A stretch of DNA of 64,000 nt, taken from Tubulanus polymorphus (taxonomy: Eukaryota; Animalia; Nemertea). The notes beneath the pieces are model-generated. The model had not been told where the DNA came from. It did no database searches and worked only from the letters and a program-made list of their open reading frames with translations. Below, one piece after another: positions 45,245 to 58,779 of this stretch. A program made the position numbers and the translations under genes. The stretch covers positions 22,602,150 through 22,666,149 of the forward strand of contig NC_134026.1 of NCBI RefSeq assembly GCF_964204645.1, written 5' to 3'. Each line of letters opens with the position of its first letter. The first letter of the stretch is position 1.

Positions 45245-46059
45245 GTTTGCACCAGATTCAACAGTACTGTACACGATTAAATATGAAATATACGTACTAA
45301 AGCCTAACCTGAACGAATGAAGACCAAAAGTATAAAACTCCTAACACTGTTACTCATTAACGAATTATGCAACATCTTTTAGATTTTTTTGTTATATCAC
45401 ACAGGCGACGGTGACCTAATGGGCGCTGCCATCTTTGAAAGTAGTACTGAATAGTGCATCTAGGGCAATCTTAAGACCTGCTGCATATGGCGTCACAAGC
45501 CCCGAGGCTTGTCATGCCATATTGGGGCCTGACACGCCATGTGGTAAACGTAAAATGAAAATCAAATCCTATGCATGAGATGAAACGTCGACTAAGTCTC
45601 GCGGGTTTTTCTTCCGAAGTTGAAATATTCGGTTGGATATTAATTTGTCTTAGATGATTTACAACGTATTATATATACATAATAAGAACTACATATTACA
45701 TCGCATTACTCATTTTAGTGTAAACACTAAAATGAGTTTTACAGAATAGAAATTGATCGTTGTTTGTTAATCTAATGCAGTGTACACACATTTTGAAACA
45801 CAATTTAAACAATCATATATTTCGCCAGCATATGAAAAATACAAAAACATTACATATATATCTACTGAATGAGTTTTACAGAATAAAGATTTTAATTAAC
45901 TATCTTACATTTCAATGAATCATTCATCTATTTCACATGATTTGTTGATCAATTAGTCTTAGAAGAACATGGATAATGTTAGAAAAACATATATGGTGAG
46001 CCAGGCTCCAATCTAGTGTGATCTGCAGTCATATGGCTCCTAAAATCGCTAAGCCTTCT

Positions 46060-47140
46060 ACATGGCGTGTCAGGCCCCAAATGTTCTGCAGCCAATATGG
46101 CGTGTCAAGCCCCAAATTGTCTACAGAATAGCTTCAATAATTGAAACATGGTTTGTCGAACGGTTTTCTATGGAAGCAATTAAATTATATCTTTAGTTTC
46201 AATTAGTTATATATTGTTCATGATTTGATAATCACAAAACAAATACTGCTAGAAAAACCGCGATTTGTCTTCTATATGGCGTGTCAAGCCCCGAATGTTC
46301 TGCAGTCAATATGGCGTGTCAGTCCCCAAACGGTCTGCAGAATAGCTTCAATTGAGACATGGCGTGAGAAGACCCGAATGATTTTCCGTACAAACAAATG
46401 AATAATTGTCATTGATTATCATAAATATTCAAAGATTTATCATTCTACGTGGATTGTCAATCATTTAGACTCAGAACAAAAGGCAAATATTGTTTCAAAA
46501 AGCTCCTAAAATCACGCTGTCTTCTACATGGCGTGTCAAGCCCCAAACGGTCTGCAGAATAACTTCAATTGAGACATGGCGTGAGAGGACCCGATCGATT
46601 TTCCGTACAAACAAATGAATAATTGTCATTAATTATCGTAAATATTCAAAGATTTATCATTCTCCGTGGATTGTCAGTCATTTAGACTTAGAAAAAAGGC
46701 AAATATTGTTTCAAAAATAGCTCCTCAAATCACGCTGTCTTTCACATGGCGTGTCAGGCCCCAAATGTTCTGCAGTCAATATGGCGTGTCAGGCCCCAAA
46801 CGGTCTGCAGAATAGCTTCAATTGAGACATGGCGCGAGAAGACCCGAATGATTTTCCGTACAAACTAATGAATAATTGTCATTAATTATCATAAATATTC
46901 AAAGATTTATCATTATACATGGTTTGTCAATCATTTAGACTTAGAAAAAAAGGCAAATATTGTTTCAAAAAGCTCCTCGAATCACGCTGTCTTCTACATG
47001 GCGTGTCAGGCCCCAAATGTTCTGCAGTCAATATGGCGTGTCAGGCCCCAAACGGTTTGCAGAATAGCTTCAATTGAGACATGGCGTGAGAAGACCCGAA
47101 TGATTTTCCGTACAAACAAATGAATAATTGTCATTGATTA
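46060..47140. repeat. Tandem array of ~220-250-bp units built on ATGGCGTGTCAGGCCCC sub-repeats
   Basis: The block ...TCTACATGGCGTGTCA(A/G)GCCCC...GAGACATGGCGTGAGA...TATTCAAAGATTTATC recurs, and continues inside the higher-order units. Confidence 0.95.
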
Positions 47141-50100
47141 TCATAAATATTCAAAGATTTATCATTCTACGTGGATTGTCAATCATTTAGACTCAGAACA
47201 AAAGGCAAATATTGTTTCAAAAAGCTCCTAAAATCACGCTGTCTTCTACATGGCGTGTCAAGCCCCAAACGGTCTGCAGAATAACTTCAATTGAGACATG
47301 GCGTGAGAGGACCCGATCGATTTTCCGTACAAACAAATGAATAATTGTCATTAATTATCGTAAATATTCAAAGATTTATCATTCTCCGTGGATTGTCAGT
47401 CATTTAGACTCAGAAAAAAGGCAAATATTGTTTCAAAAATAGCTCCTCAAATCACGCTGTCTTTCACATGGCGTGTCAGGCCCCAAATGTTCTGCAGTCA
47501 ATATGGCGTGTCAGGCCCCAAACGGTCTGCAGAATAGCTTCAATTGAGACATGGCGTGAGAAGACCCGAACGATTTTCCGTACAAACTAATGAATAATTG
47601 TCATTGATTATCATAAATATTCAAAGATTTATCATTCTACGTGGATTGTCAATCATTTAGACTCAGAACAAAAGGCAAATATTGTTTCAAAAAGCTCCTA
47701 AAATCACGCTGTCTTCTACATGGCGTGTCAGGCCCCAAACGGTCTGCAGAATAGCTTCAATTGAGACATGGCGTGAGAAGACCCGAACGATTTTTCCGTA
47801 CAAACAAATGAATAATTGTCACTAATTGTCTTAAATGTTCAAAGATTAATCCTTCTATATGATTTGTCAATTATTTAGTCTTAGAAAAAAAAGCAAATAC
47901 TGTTACAAAAAGCTCCTAAAACCACGCTGTCTTCTACATGGCGTGTCAGGCCCCAAAGTGTTCTGCCGCCAATATGGCGTGAGAGTACGCGATCAGTTTT
48001 CTATGGAAGCAATTAATTGTCACTAATCATATCTTTAGTTTCAATTAGTTATATATTGTTCATAATCATAAAGTCTAAGAAAAAAAAAACAAATACTGCT
48101 AGAAAAATCGCGATTTGTCTTCTATATGGCGTGTCAGGCCCCAAACGGTCTACAGAATATAGCTTCAATTTACATGGCGTGAGAGGACCCGATCAGTTTT
48201 CCGTAGAAATAAATGAAAAATTGTGACTGATTATCTTAAATTAGTACAATAATCATTAAGTCTTAGAAATAGGTTTATAAATCGTTGTTTCTATTTTCTT
48301 ATGTAAATGTAGCTGATGATCTCCTGATCGTCTCGCACCATAACGGAAACCTGTAAAAAACATATTCGAAGAATTTTACATAAAAATCTTTCGATATATA
48401 TGCATCTGAATATAGTTATGAAGTAAAAACGGGATATAATTTTCTTTCAAAGTGGTTGCACTGAACGGAATACTACAATATAACGTATAAGTACATATTA
48501 TATTTAGACAATATTTAGTAAGTATATATTTAGACAATAAGTTAAGAAAAAATAGAAATTCATTACACATTGACATACCGGTACTTGAAATTATCTCATT
48601 CAGGTTTTACACGTCGTATCGGACTTAAAAACGTGGTCCGTTCGACGCGAACATATATCTTCGTTCCGCGTGAATTACGTGAATTATCATAAATATTCAA
48701 AGATTTATCATTCTACGTGGATTGTCAATCATTTAGACTCAGAACAAAAGGCAAATATTGTTTCAAAAAGCTCCTAAAATCACGCTGTCTTCTACATGGC
48801 GTGTCAAGCCCCAAACGGTCTGCAGAATAACTTCAATTGAGACATGGCGTGAGAGGACCCGATCGATTTTCCGTACAAACAAATGAATAATTGTCATTAA
48901 TTATCGTAAATATTCAAAGATTTATCATTCTCCGTGGATTGTCAGTCATTTAGACTCAGAAAAAAGGCAAATATTGTTTCAAAAATAGCTCCTCAAATCA
49001 CGCTGTCTTTCACATGGCGTGTCAGGCCCCAAATGTTCTGCAGTCAATATGGCGTGTCAGGCCCCAAACGGTCTGCAGAATAGCTTCAATTGAGACATGG
49101 CGTGAGAAGACCCGAACGATTTTCCGTACAAACTAATGAATAATTGTCATTGATTATCATAAATATTCAAAGATTTATCATTCTACGTGGATTGTCAATC
49201 ATTTAGACTCAGAACAAAAGGCAAATATTGTTTCAAAAAGCTCCTAAAATCACGCTGTCTTCTACATGGCGTGTCAGGCCCCAAACGGTCTGCAGAATAG
49301 CTTCAATTGAGACATGGCGTGAGAAGACCCGAACGATTTTTCCGTACAAACAAATGAATAATTGTCACTAATTGTCTTAAATGTTCAAAGATTAATCCTT
49401 CTATATGATTTGTCAATTATTTAGTCTTAGAAAAAAAAGCAAATACTGTTACAAAAAGCTCCTAAAACCACGCTGTCTTCTACATGGCGTGTCAGGCCCC
49501 AAAGTGTTCTGCCGCCAATATGGCGTGAGAGTACGCGATCAGTTTTCTATGGAAGCAATTAATTGTCACTAATCATATCTTTAGTTTCAATTAGTTATAT
49601 ATTGTTCATAATCATAAAGTCTAAGAAAAAAAAACAAATACTGCTAGAAAAATCGCGATTTGTCTTCTATATGGCGTGTCAGGCCCCAAACGGTCTACAG
49701 AATATAGCTTCAATTTACATGGCGTGAGAGGACCCGATCAGTTTTCCGTAGAAATAAATGAAAAATTGTGACTGATTATCTTAAATTAGTACAATAATCA
49801 TTAAGTCTTAGAAATAGGTTTATAAATCGTTGTTTCTATTTTCTTATGTAAATGTAGCTGATGATCTCCTGATCGTCTCGCACCATAACGGAAACCTGTA
49901 AAAAACATATTCGAAGAATTTTACATAAAAATCTTTCGATATATATGCATCTGAATATAGTTATGAAGTAAAAACGGGATATAATTTTCTTTCAAAGTGG
50001 TTGCACTGAACGGAATACTACAATATAACGTATAAGTACATATTATATTTAGACAATATTTAGTAAGTATATATTTAGACAATAAGTTAAGAAAAAATAG

Positions 50101-51768
50101 AAATTCATTACACATTGACATACCGGTACTTGAAATTATCTCATTCAGGTTTTACACGTCGTATCGGACTTAAAAACGTGGTCCGTTCGACGCGAACATA
50201 TATCTTCGTTCCGCGTGAATTACGTGAATTATCATAAATATTCAAAGATTTATCATTCTACGTGGATTGTCAATCATTTAGACTCAGAACAAAAGGCAAA
50301 TATTGTTTCAAAAAGCTCCTAAAATCACGCTGTCTTCTACATGGCGTGTCAAGCCCCAAACGGTCTGCAGAATAACTTCAATTGAGACATGGCGTGAGAG
50401 GACCCGATCGATTTTCCGTACAAACAAATGAATAATTGTCATTAATTATCGTAAATATTCAAAGATTTATCATTCTCCGTGGATTGTCAGTCATTTAGAC
50501 TCAGAAAAAAGGCAAATATTGTTTCAAAAATAGCTCCTCAAATCACGCTGTCTTTCACATGGCGTGTCAGGCCCCAAATGTTCTGCAGTCAATATGGCGT
50601 GTCAGGCCCCAAACGGTCTGCAGAATAGCTTCAATTGAGACATGGCGTGAGAAGACCCGAACGATTTTCCGTACAAACTAATGAATAATTGTCATTGATT
50701 ATCATAAATATTCAAAGATTTATCATTCTACGTGGATTGTCAATCATTTAGACTCAGAACAAAAGGCAAATATTGTTTCAAAAAGCTCCTAAAATCACGC
50801 TGTCTTCTACATGGCGTGTCAGGCCCCAAACGGTCTGCAGAATAGCTTCAATTGAGACATGGCGTGAGAAGACCCGAACGATTTTTCCGTACAAACAAAT
50901 GAATAATTGTCACTAATTGTCTTAAATGTTCAAAGATTAATCCTTCTATATGATTTGTCAATTATTTAGTCTTAGAAAAAAAAGCAAATACTGTTACAAA
51001 AAGCTCCTAAAACCACGCTGTCTTCTACATGGCGTGTCAGGCCCCAAAGTGTTCTGCCGCCAATATGGCGTGAGAGTACGCGATCAGTTTTCTATGGAAG
51101 CAATTAATTGTCACTAATCATATCTTTAGTTTCAATTAGTTATATATTGTTCATAATCATAAAGTCTAAGAAAAAAAAAACAAATACTGCTAGAAAAATC
51201 GCGATTTGTCTTCTATATGGCGTGTCAGGCCCCAAACGGTCTACAGAATATAGCTTCAATTTACATGGCGTGAGAGGACCCGATCAGTTTTCCGTAGAAA
51301 TAAATGAAAAATTGTGACTGATTATCTTAAATTAGTACAATAATCATTAAGTCTTAGAAATAGGTTTATAAATCGTTGTTTCTATTTTCTTATGTAAATG
51401 TAGCTGATGATCTCCTGATCGTCTCGCACCATAACGGAAACCTGTAAAAAACATATTCGAAGAATTTTACATAAAAATCTTTCGATATATATGCATCTGA
51501 ATATAGTTATGAAGTAAAAACGGGATATAATTTTCTTTCAAAGTGGTTGCACTGAACGGAATACTACAATATAACGTATAAGTACATATTATATTTAGAC
51601 AATATTTAGTAAGTATATATTTAGACAATAAGTTAAGAAAAAATAGAAATTCATTACACATTGACATACCGGTACTTGAAATTATCTCATTCAGGTTTTA
51701 CACGTCGTATCGGACTTAAAAACGTGGTCCGTTCGACGCGAACATATATCTTCGTTCCGCGTGAATTA
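47141..51768. repeat. Higher-order head-to-tail triplication, unit 1545-1546 bp
   Basis: Units start at 47141, 48687 and 50232. Identical ORFs recur at 48376, 49921 and 51467. Confidence 0.97.
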
Positions 51769-52579
51769 TATATAGTCTGCATTTTACTCGGGGCTTGTGA
51801 CGCCCCGCAGATATGGCGTGACAAGCCCCGGGGCTTGTGACGCCATGTTCTGCTGATTCTTAAGATTGACTTCACTCGAATAGTGTATGATCTCAGTAGT
51901 ACTATGAACCAAATAAAATCGACAAAAATTTGTATTTCCCCATTTGATGCTTTTATGAGACCTGACATTGTTTTATATGCAAATCCCTCATAACACAAGC
52001 GTAGGATTATACCTGTAAAATGCTGGATATGTGTGTGATAATATTTCAGCTGTGTCTAAAGCATTCTAAAATTTTAGGCTTTATATTTTGGTCTGTTTAT
52101 ATCTGTAAATAGTACAACTGCTAATCTACCTCCTTATGGAATTATCTTCACAAGAAATAAGGCTACTCTTCCAAGAAATGAATTAAAATCAACCATGTAC
52201 CATAAGAGTTGAAAAAAAGATATCATGGAATTGTAAGTTTGGTAAATATTTGTGAAGTCTTTGGCCGGAGTGCGTGTGAAGTACCGCGTTATGTGCCGCT
52301 CTCCACGACACGGCTTGTTGGCGCTTGTTTTGGTAGCTTGCATTTTCTGTCGGCCAACGTTTGCAAACTCGTACTCCGTTGCGGGTCGGTGTCATACGCG
52401 GCAACGAAATGCCCGGGCCTATAGCATGTAAAGTACTCTTTCGGATAGTGATTCAATAGAGGTACATTTTAGGCTACAGATCTAGATCATGCTTCTCAAC
52501 TCAGGTGGACTATACATTGACACATCACAAATAATTTCTATTTTCAGAATTGTCCAGGGTTGACCCTTCAAAAATTGAA

Positions 52580-55500
52580 ATGACCAGTACAATGCCAGTT
52601 ATTGGCAAAGATGCCAGATCCTCGCAAGTGGAGCCAAATACACCAGTTCTGCGGTGTAAGATTGAAAATGGCCGATTCAAGTGTATTTCCTGTAACGTAT
52701 CAATGGAATCGTACAAATCATTTTCTTATCATTTATGGAAACATTTACATGATGTCGATGACTTAAACTGTAAATGGTGCGAGAAGTTTAATATTGATCC
52801 GAAAACTGTGACGGAAGAAAATGTTCAATGCGACACTATTTTGTCGACAATTGAACAATTGAAGTTGAAGAAAGAAGAGGAGAGAATATTGTTGCTTGAC
52901 GGGCAAAATTGTGATGAAAGTAAACAAATGGATTACACCATTCTTCGGAAAATGTTAGATGTGAATAATAAGGCAAATTCTATTTCGGAGAGTAGATTTG
53001 GTGCTGATGAAATTGACAGTCCGTTACAGTTTACTCCTCCCCAACTGGAGGAAAGTGAGGTATCCAGATTAGAAACAAAATTATCCTATCCCAGCATTGA
53101 CGATAGCCAGCGTGTCACTGATGACGAAACTGAAACCATGAGTGATGAAGATAATAACCTATTGCTTGATACAACAGAAACAAGTGCGGATGAGATTGAG
53201 GAATCTTATTGTGATAACATTAATGATAACTCAAAAGGCGAGGATCCCAAAGGTGCTAATAAACTTTCAGATTTGCCACCAGTTCAAAATGACTCCATAA
53301 ATACCTCTGTGAAACCTCTAGAGTTTATAAAAGCCATGGCAATGAATTTTCCAAGTAGCGATGAAATAGCCGAACTGAACATTTCAGATCATGTTGCTTC
53401 TGAAAGTCAGACAGATATCGCTCCACTCAGTGTCTTCAAGGATTCTCCAATTACCAACAACAGAATATCGAACATTGGAAAACTAAGAGATGAGAACCTG
53501 AATTTAAGCGATCGCGACAATAGCAGTGTGAAATCATCGTCTATCGCTATCAGTGAAAAGATGAATAATGCCACATCAGATTTGCAATCTGAGATGAAAT
53601 GCAGTTACGTTGCTGGGAAATATGTTTGTGAAACTTGCAATATTTCAAAATCATTCCACCGAGCATTTGCATACCATGCATGGAAACATGTCCACAGTAA
53701 GCTATGTAATGAGTGTGAAAAGTTAGGTTTATCTCGACATAGTTCTCCGATTAACATAAAGTGTCCCGTTGTCATTTCTCTAATGGCCACGTTGAAAAGC
53801 ACTGGTGCTTTTATGACTGGATCAAATGAGGAATGTACTGATGGGATGAGTCCTGAGAAAAATCATCCATCAGATGATAACTCACATGCTTCAAATCATC
53901 CTGGTATCATATGCACTGAAAATGACACCAGTGAAAGTGATAACTCACGTGCTTCAAATCATCCTGATATTATATGCACTGAAAATGATACCAGTGAAAG
54001 TGAAAAAGTATTCAATAAAGCCATGGAAGAATCAACATGTACATTGACTCTTCCTACCACAACCGAAGAAGAGTCCCCAAACCAGAATGATAATGACAAT
54101 GATGTGATGGAAGATGTAGTGGTACATGATGAGCAGGAGATGAGTTGTGAGAATATTGTAAATGATGATTGCCATATTTTCCCTGATCCAGAAGCAGAAT
54201 GTAGCCTGGTTATTCAATCAGTTTATAGTCAAGCTGAAGACCCGGAACTTATCGCCGAAGAGGAAAATAATGGAGAGGATTGTGTTTCAAATAAAGATGA
54301 AATATCTGCAGCACAAAGACATATAGAAGTATCTGACCAACAGCTCGCTATATCAAAAAATTATAGGGTTCTTGAAGAAGAGATTCCTGAAAAATCGAAT
54401 GAGTTGATGACACTTTTAAGTAATGATGGTGGTTCGAGTATATTGAACCCAGAACTTGATCCTAACGAGTCAATCGATTTGATATCAAAAATCGGGATTG
54501 ATGCCATTTTAAAGGGTTTTGACAATGACTTGATGACATTAACCGCAGTTACCTGTGAATCCGATAGGGAGATCCCATCTCCTGATCTTATCGTTGTTGG
54601 AGAACAACATACCAATCAACAGCATGACGTCATTCCATCCTTTGCTCACATAACGAGTAATGTGGCGAAACTTGAACAGGCCAAAGGGTATTATACATGC
54701 GGCTTCCTCGGTTGCAATTTTTCATGCACAAGTGAGGCTAACTTCAAGGTGCACTTGAATGAAGAACATCTTGGTACATCATTTCCATGTGTATTTTGTT
54801 GCCATTCGCTTACATCAGCCAGCAGTCTAATCCAGCATATGAAGAGCCATCAGTCAGGTGCCAAGAACTTCATGTTGTACTGTTGCTCAATGGATTGTAA
54901 TTTTTGTACTAACCAAGCTGGACAATTTACGCTTCATCTGGATATGTGCCACTCGACCAAGGAAGATTTTCCATGTTCATTCTGTAACGAGAAATTTAAT
55001 GCAGCTTCTTTGATCAATCATTTGAGACATAGCCTTGTGAAATTAGTTAACTGTCCGTACTGTTTTGTACGGTCTGTCTGTAAGCGAGAAGTTCTGAATC
55101 ACCTGCGAAGAGTGCATCCTTATTTGCCAAATCGTATAGTTGTAACAAGTCGTATGTCTTGTCAAGAAGATAAGAACATTCGGTCCATATCTCCACCAAA
55201 GCCTGTTGAAGAAAGTGAAAAAATGCTTGATTGCCGTGCATGTGGCTTTCAAACAAGTGATGTTGATTCATTGAAGCAACATATTCAGAAGTGTGAAAAA
55301 GCCAAAAATTTCCACCGATTAATGGCTGATAAGAATAACAAGAAAACTGAAACATTAGAGACGACACAAGTATCAAGAGAAGAAGACAAAGTTGTCAAGA
55401 ATGTACCTATCAGTAAACAGGTTGTAGAAGAAAGCGATTCACATAGTGAAGAAAGACATAGATGTCCAGAATGTAAAAAAGGATTTTCATCATCAAAACA

Positions 55501-58500
55501 TTTAAGTCTGCATGTAAAATGTTATCATAAAGGTGAAATCTTGTTGAAATCTGAAGAATGCAATTACTGCAGTGAAAAGAGTCATAACTACAACTGGATG
55601 GTAAAACACAGCAAAGAAGCACATCCCAGTCTACCTGTGAAATATAACATAACTGAAAATGATATTACTTGCGATAACATCAGTTGTGAGAAGTGTACTT
55701 TCATCTATAAGAGAAACAGCTTCAGTAGCTATGTAAGCCATTGTGTCGAAATGCATTATTCTGATAAAGAATTCCTGGAGAATGTGAAGAAAAACCATCC
55801 ATTACTGCAGTTAAAGGCATCACCATCAAATATGCAAACTGCTGACCAAATAATCGACAAGTCAAACGAACATGATTCTGGTGATATCGGTACTTCTCAA
55901 TCGGGCAATAATGTGAATTTACTTAGTTGCTCATCCTGTGATGCAAACTTCCTCTGCTTAGACAAATTTAAACGTCATGTAGCTATGCATTTCTCGGGAA
56001 AAAAGGAATTCAAGTTGTTCAAATGTCAATCTTGCGATTTCATTGGCACAAATAAAATATTCATCCGGGACCATTTAAGGGATAAGCATCCACTGAAATC
56101 TCCTCACATGGACATTCATAATATATGTATCATTGGCACTGGCAGAAATGTGGAAAATGAAAGTTGTGATCAAGCTGACAGCTCTGAAGAAGATAGATCT
56201 GACTCAATAGAATGCTTTTATTGTGATGAAACGTTCAAGAACAATTTCTATTTTCACAAACATATCTATAGCAAGCATCGACAAGATGAACTACAAAAAA
56301 TGAAAAACCAAATCATCCAGTGCATCTACTGTAGTTTCAAAACTCAGTTCGAGTATAAAATACGCTATCACATCAGGACTGAGCACAAAAAAGAAAAGTA
56401 CGGAGTGATCAGAAAAGTGTTAGATGTGTCACATACAGAGAAATTGGCTAGCAAAATGAAGCCAAGAGAATTTGCCAGGGATCACGATGATTCTTCGAGT
56501 ACAGATGATACAAAAACTGAATTGTCTGCACATGAATACACAAAATTGGGTCCACGTAAATTCAAGTGTAACAAATGTTCTTTTACTCAAAGGTCACTGA
56601 GCGCCTTGAAAAAACATGTCATCCGTGCACATCACAATTCGCATCAGTATCAGTGCAAATACTGTGACTTCACAGCATTAGATCGTTCTAAAGTGACAAA
56701 GCATGGTCAAAATGTACACAATAAAGTTTGTATCCAAATTTGTACTACCGTTAAGTCAAATGCTGCATCCTTTTTGAATGCCATTGGGTCAGGTATGAGG
56801 AAGAGATCGTTGAGCCAAGATAATGATGATTTTGTTCCATCAAAGAAGGCAAAAACAAGCAATAGAAAAAGTAGTGATTCTGCAAAAACCTCTGATGAAG
56901 ACTATGGCACTGTTGAAAATGTAGTTAAAAAACAGGCATATTTCAAATGTGCTAATTGTGAATACACTCATATAGATGATAATGTTGTCCGAAAGCATAT
57001 AGCTAAGAGGCATTCCCGATGTGATCCAAATTCATCAGAAGCACTGACCAAAGTTCAACGATCTAAAAGCTTGAAACGATACCACTGTAATTTTTGCAAC
57101 TATTACTCAGACTACTCAATGCGGGATCTTATGCGACATTGCCAGTGCAGACATGATATGGATCCTGAGCCGCTAATGCAGAATAAAAGTAACACATACT
57201 CTTGCAAGTACTGTAGCTTTAAAGCTGAAAAACAAGACATTGTTGAAGCTCATCAAAATGAACAACATGCTCCTAAAAATGGAAATGTCAACAAATCGAA
57301 TAATATAGCTTCAGATAATGAAAAGATTTGGAAGAAAGAAAAAGTAACACCACAAAAATTGAAGACCATTAAGCTGGAAAGTGGTGGTTATAAGTGTCAC
57401 GATTGCACTTTCAAGGAAGAAAAAGATTACGTGAAAAGACATTATGCAGTAGTTCACCTTAAATTACCATGGATATATGGCTGTGGTCATTGTTCATATG
57501 TAACAACATCAATGGCTCATGCAAAAAGTCATGGCTCAAGCATGCATCAGTTGGAAGAATCATACATCGTTAAACGCATTGATGCTAGTAGTATTGTCGA
57601 TTGTTTGGTCAGTCGCAATACAAACGCGTCAAAAGATACAGAGAACGGGAACTCATCAAAGCAAACATCATCCAATGAAGAAGAGACTACTAGTTCACTC
57701 TGCAAGTCAAATGTTCCCACTGGTGATACATATATTTCTAGACCTAGAAGGATAGAATATGTACCTGGACCTCTTCTGCCACCATATCCTGATGGAAACA
57801 AGTTTCGCTGTCCATACTGCTTCTTTCACACGTATTCATTGGAAAATGCTGAAATTCATTTACAACATCACGGGCCCTATCAATACAAATGCACTTATTG
57901 CAGCTGGAGAGGTTTTTGTTCAAGCAGTGCCAAACGTCATTGTAGAATGAAGCACAAAGGTACAAAAGCGGTCTGTATGCATATAAAACCAAAAAAGAAT
58001 GATGCTCTAAAACCAGAGAAAATACCTGAGAAGATTGCTTCCCCGAAACCTAAGGAAAAAAAGACATTTGAATGCTTTTACTGCGATTTTCAAGGAAATA
58101 AACTGTTGGAGGTTAAAGATCACCAAAATATCAAGCATTCCAAGAAGAATTTGAAGATGCGTGTTCATGGCCGTGATTTACTAGAAAAAAACTCTCTGGA
58201 GATCAGGCTATTTAAGGTCAGGTGCGATGGTGATGGATTTTGTCGCTGCAAATATTGTCCCTTCAAAACTAAGATGTTGATAGGTATGAAGAAACATTTG
58301 GGCAACCACTTTCACCTAGTGAACTGCAAATATTGTGACTACAGTGCACCATTCAGGTATATATTAATTTGTTGTTGTGATAAAAGGGAATTTTTTATGC
58401 TATGTTTATGCTTCAATGAATTGAGAAATCTAAGTATATACATGTTATGCTTAATTTGTTGTATTTTGTTTTTCAATGCAGGTTCAACTTGAATTGCCAC

Positions 58501-58779
58501 ATTTCCAAGAAACATCCTTCTCATCCATTGCTGCCCCATATAGATGGAATACGTCTGAATACTTATTGCTGTAACTGGTGCCCAGTTGTTGTCAGAAGTG
58601 AAATGGACTTCATTACACACCTTGCCGAACATTCAAATATATTTAGCAGCACGAGAACTGACTCACTTGTGTACGTCAACATACAACCAACGCTTCAGCT
58701 AAATAAGTTACACCTTCAGAAACCGTTACAATACGTGCAGCACGACCCTGAACTAAGCTTTGTCAATGATGAGAAATAA
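52580..58779 (+). CDS. Large (about 2000 aa) multi-C2H2 zinc-finger protein; giant exon to 58356, intron 58357-58481, last exon to 58779
   Basis: More than 25 C-x2-C-x12-H-x3/4-H motifs in clusters separated by acidic or Ser-rich linkers. Acceptor TTTTCAG at 52547. Splicing AG|GTATAT...TGCAG|G restores a finger (CKYCDYSAPFRFNLNCHISKKH). Confidence 0.9.
53875..54000 (+). repeat. In-frame 63-bp tandem duplication within the zinc-finger gene
   Basis: DNS(H/R)ASNHP(G/D)IICTENDTSES occurs twice. Confidence 0.95.

Larger units (their letters stand above)
45475..51859. mobile_element. 6.4-kb non-autonomous TTAA-flanked DNA element filled with tandem repeats (Kolobok- or Crypton-like)
   Basis: TTAA at 45471-45474 and 51860-51863, GA...TC termini, and subterminal inverted repeat ATGGCGTCACAAGCCCCG.GGCTTGTCA at both ends. 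No transposase ORF. Confidence 0.75.

Noticed and set aside
48017-51667. Repeated 66-69-aa ORFs
   Set aside because: AT-rich translations duplicated by the triplication, with no protein-like features.
46060-51768. CRISPR-like appearance of regularly spaced ATGGCGTGTCAGGCCCC repeats
   Set aside because: The intervening sequences are themselves repeated rather than unique spacers, there are no cas genes, and the context is eukaryotic.
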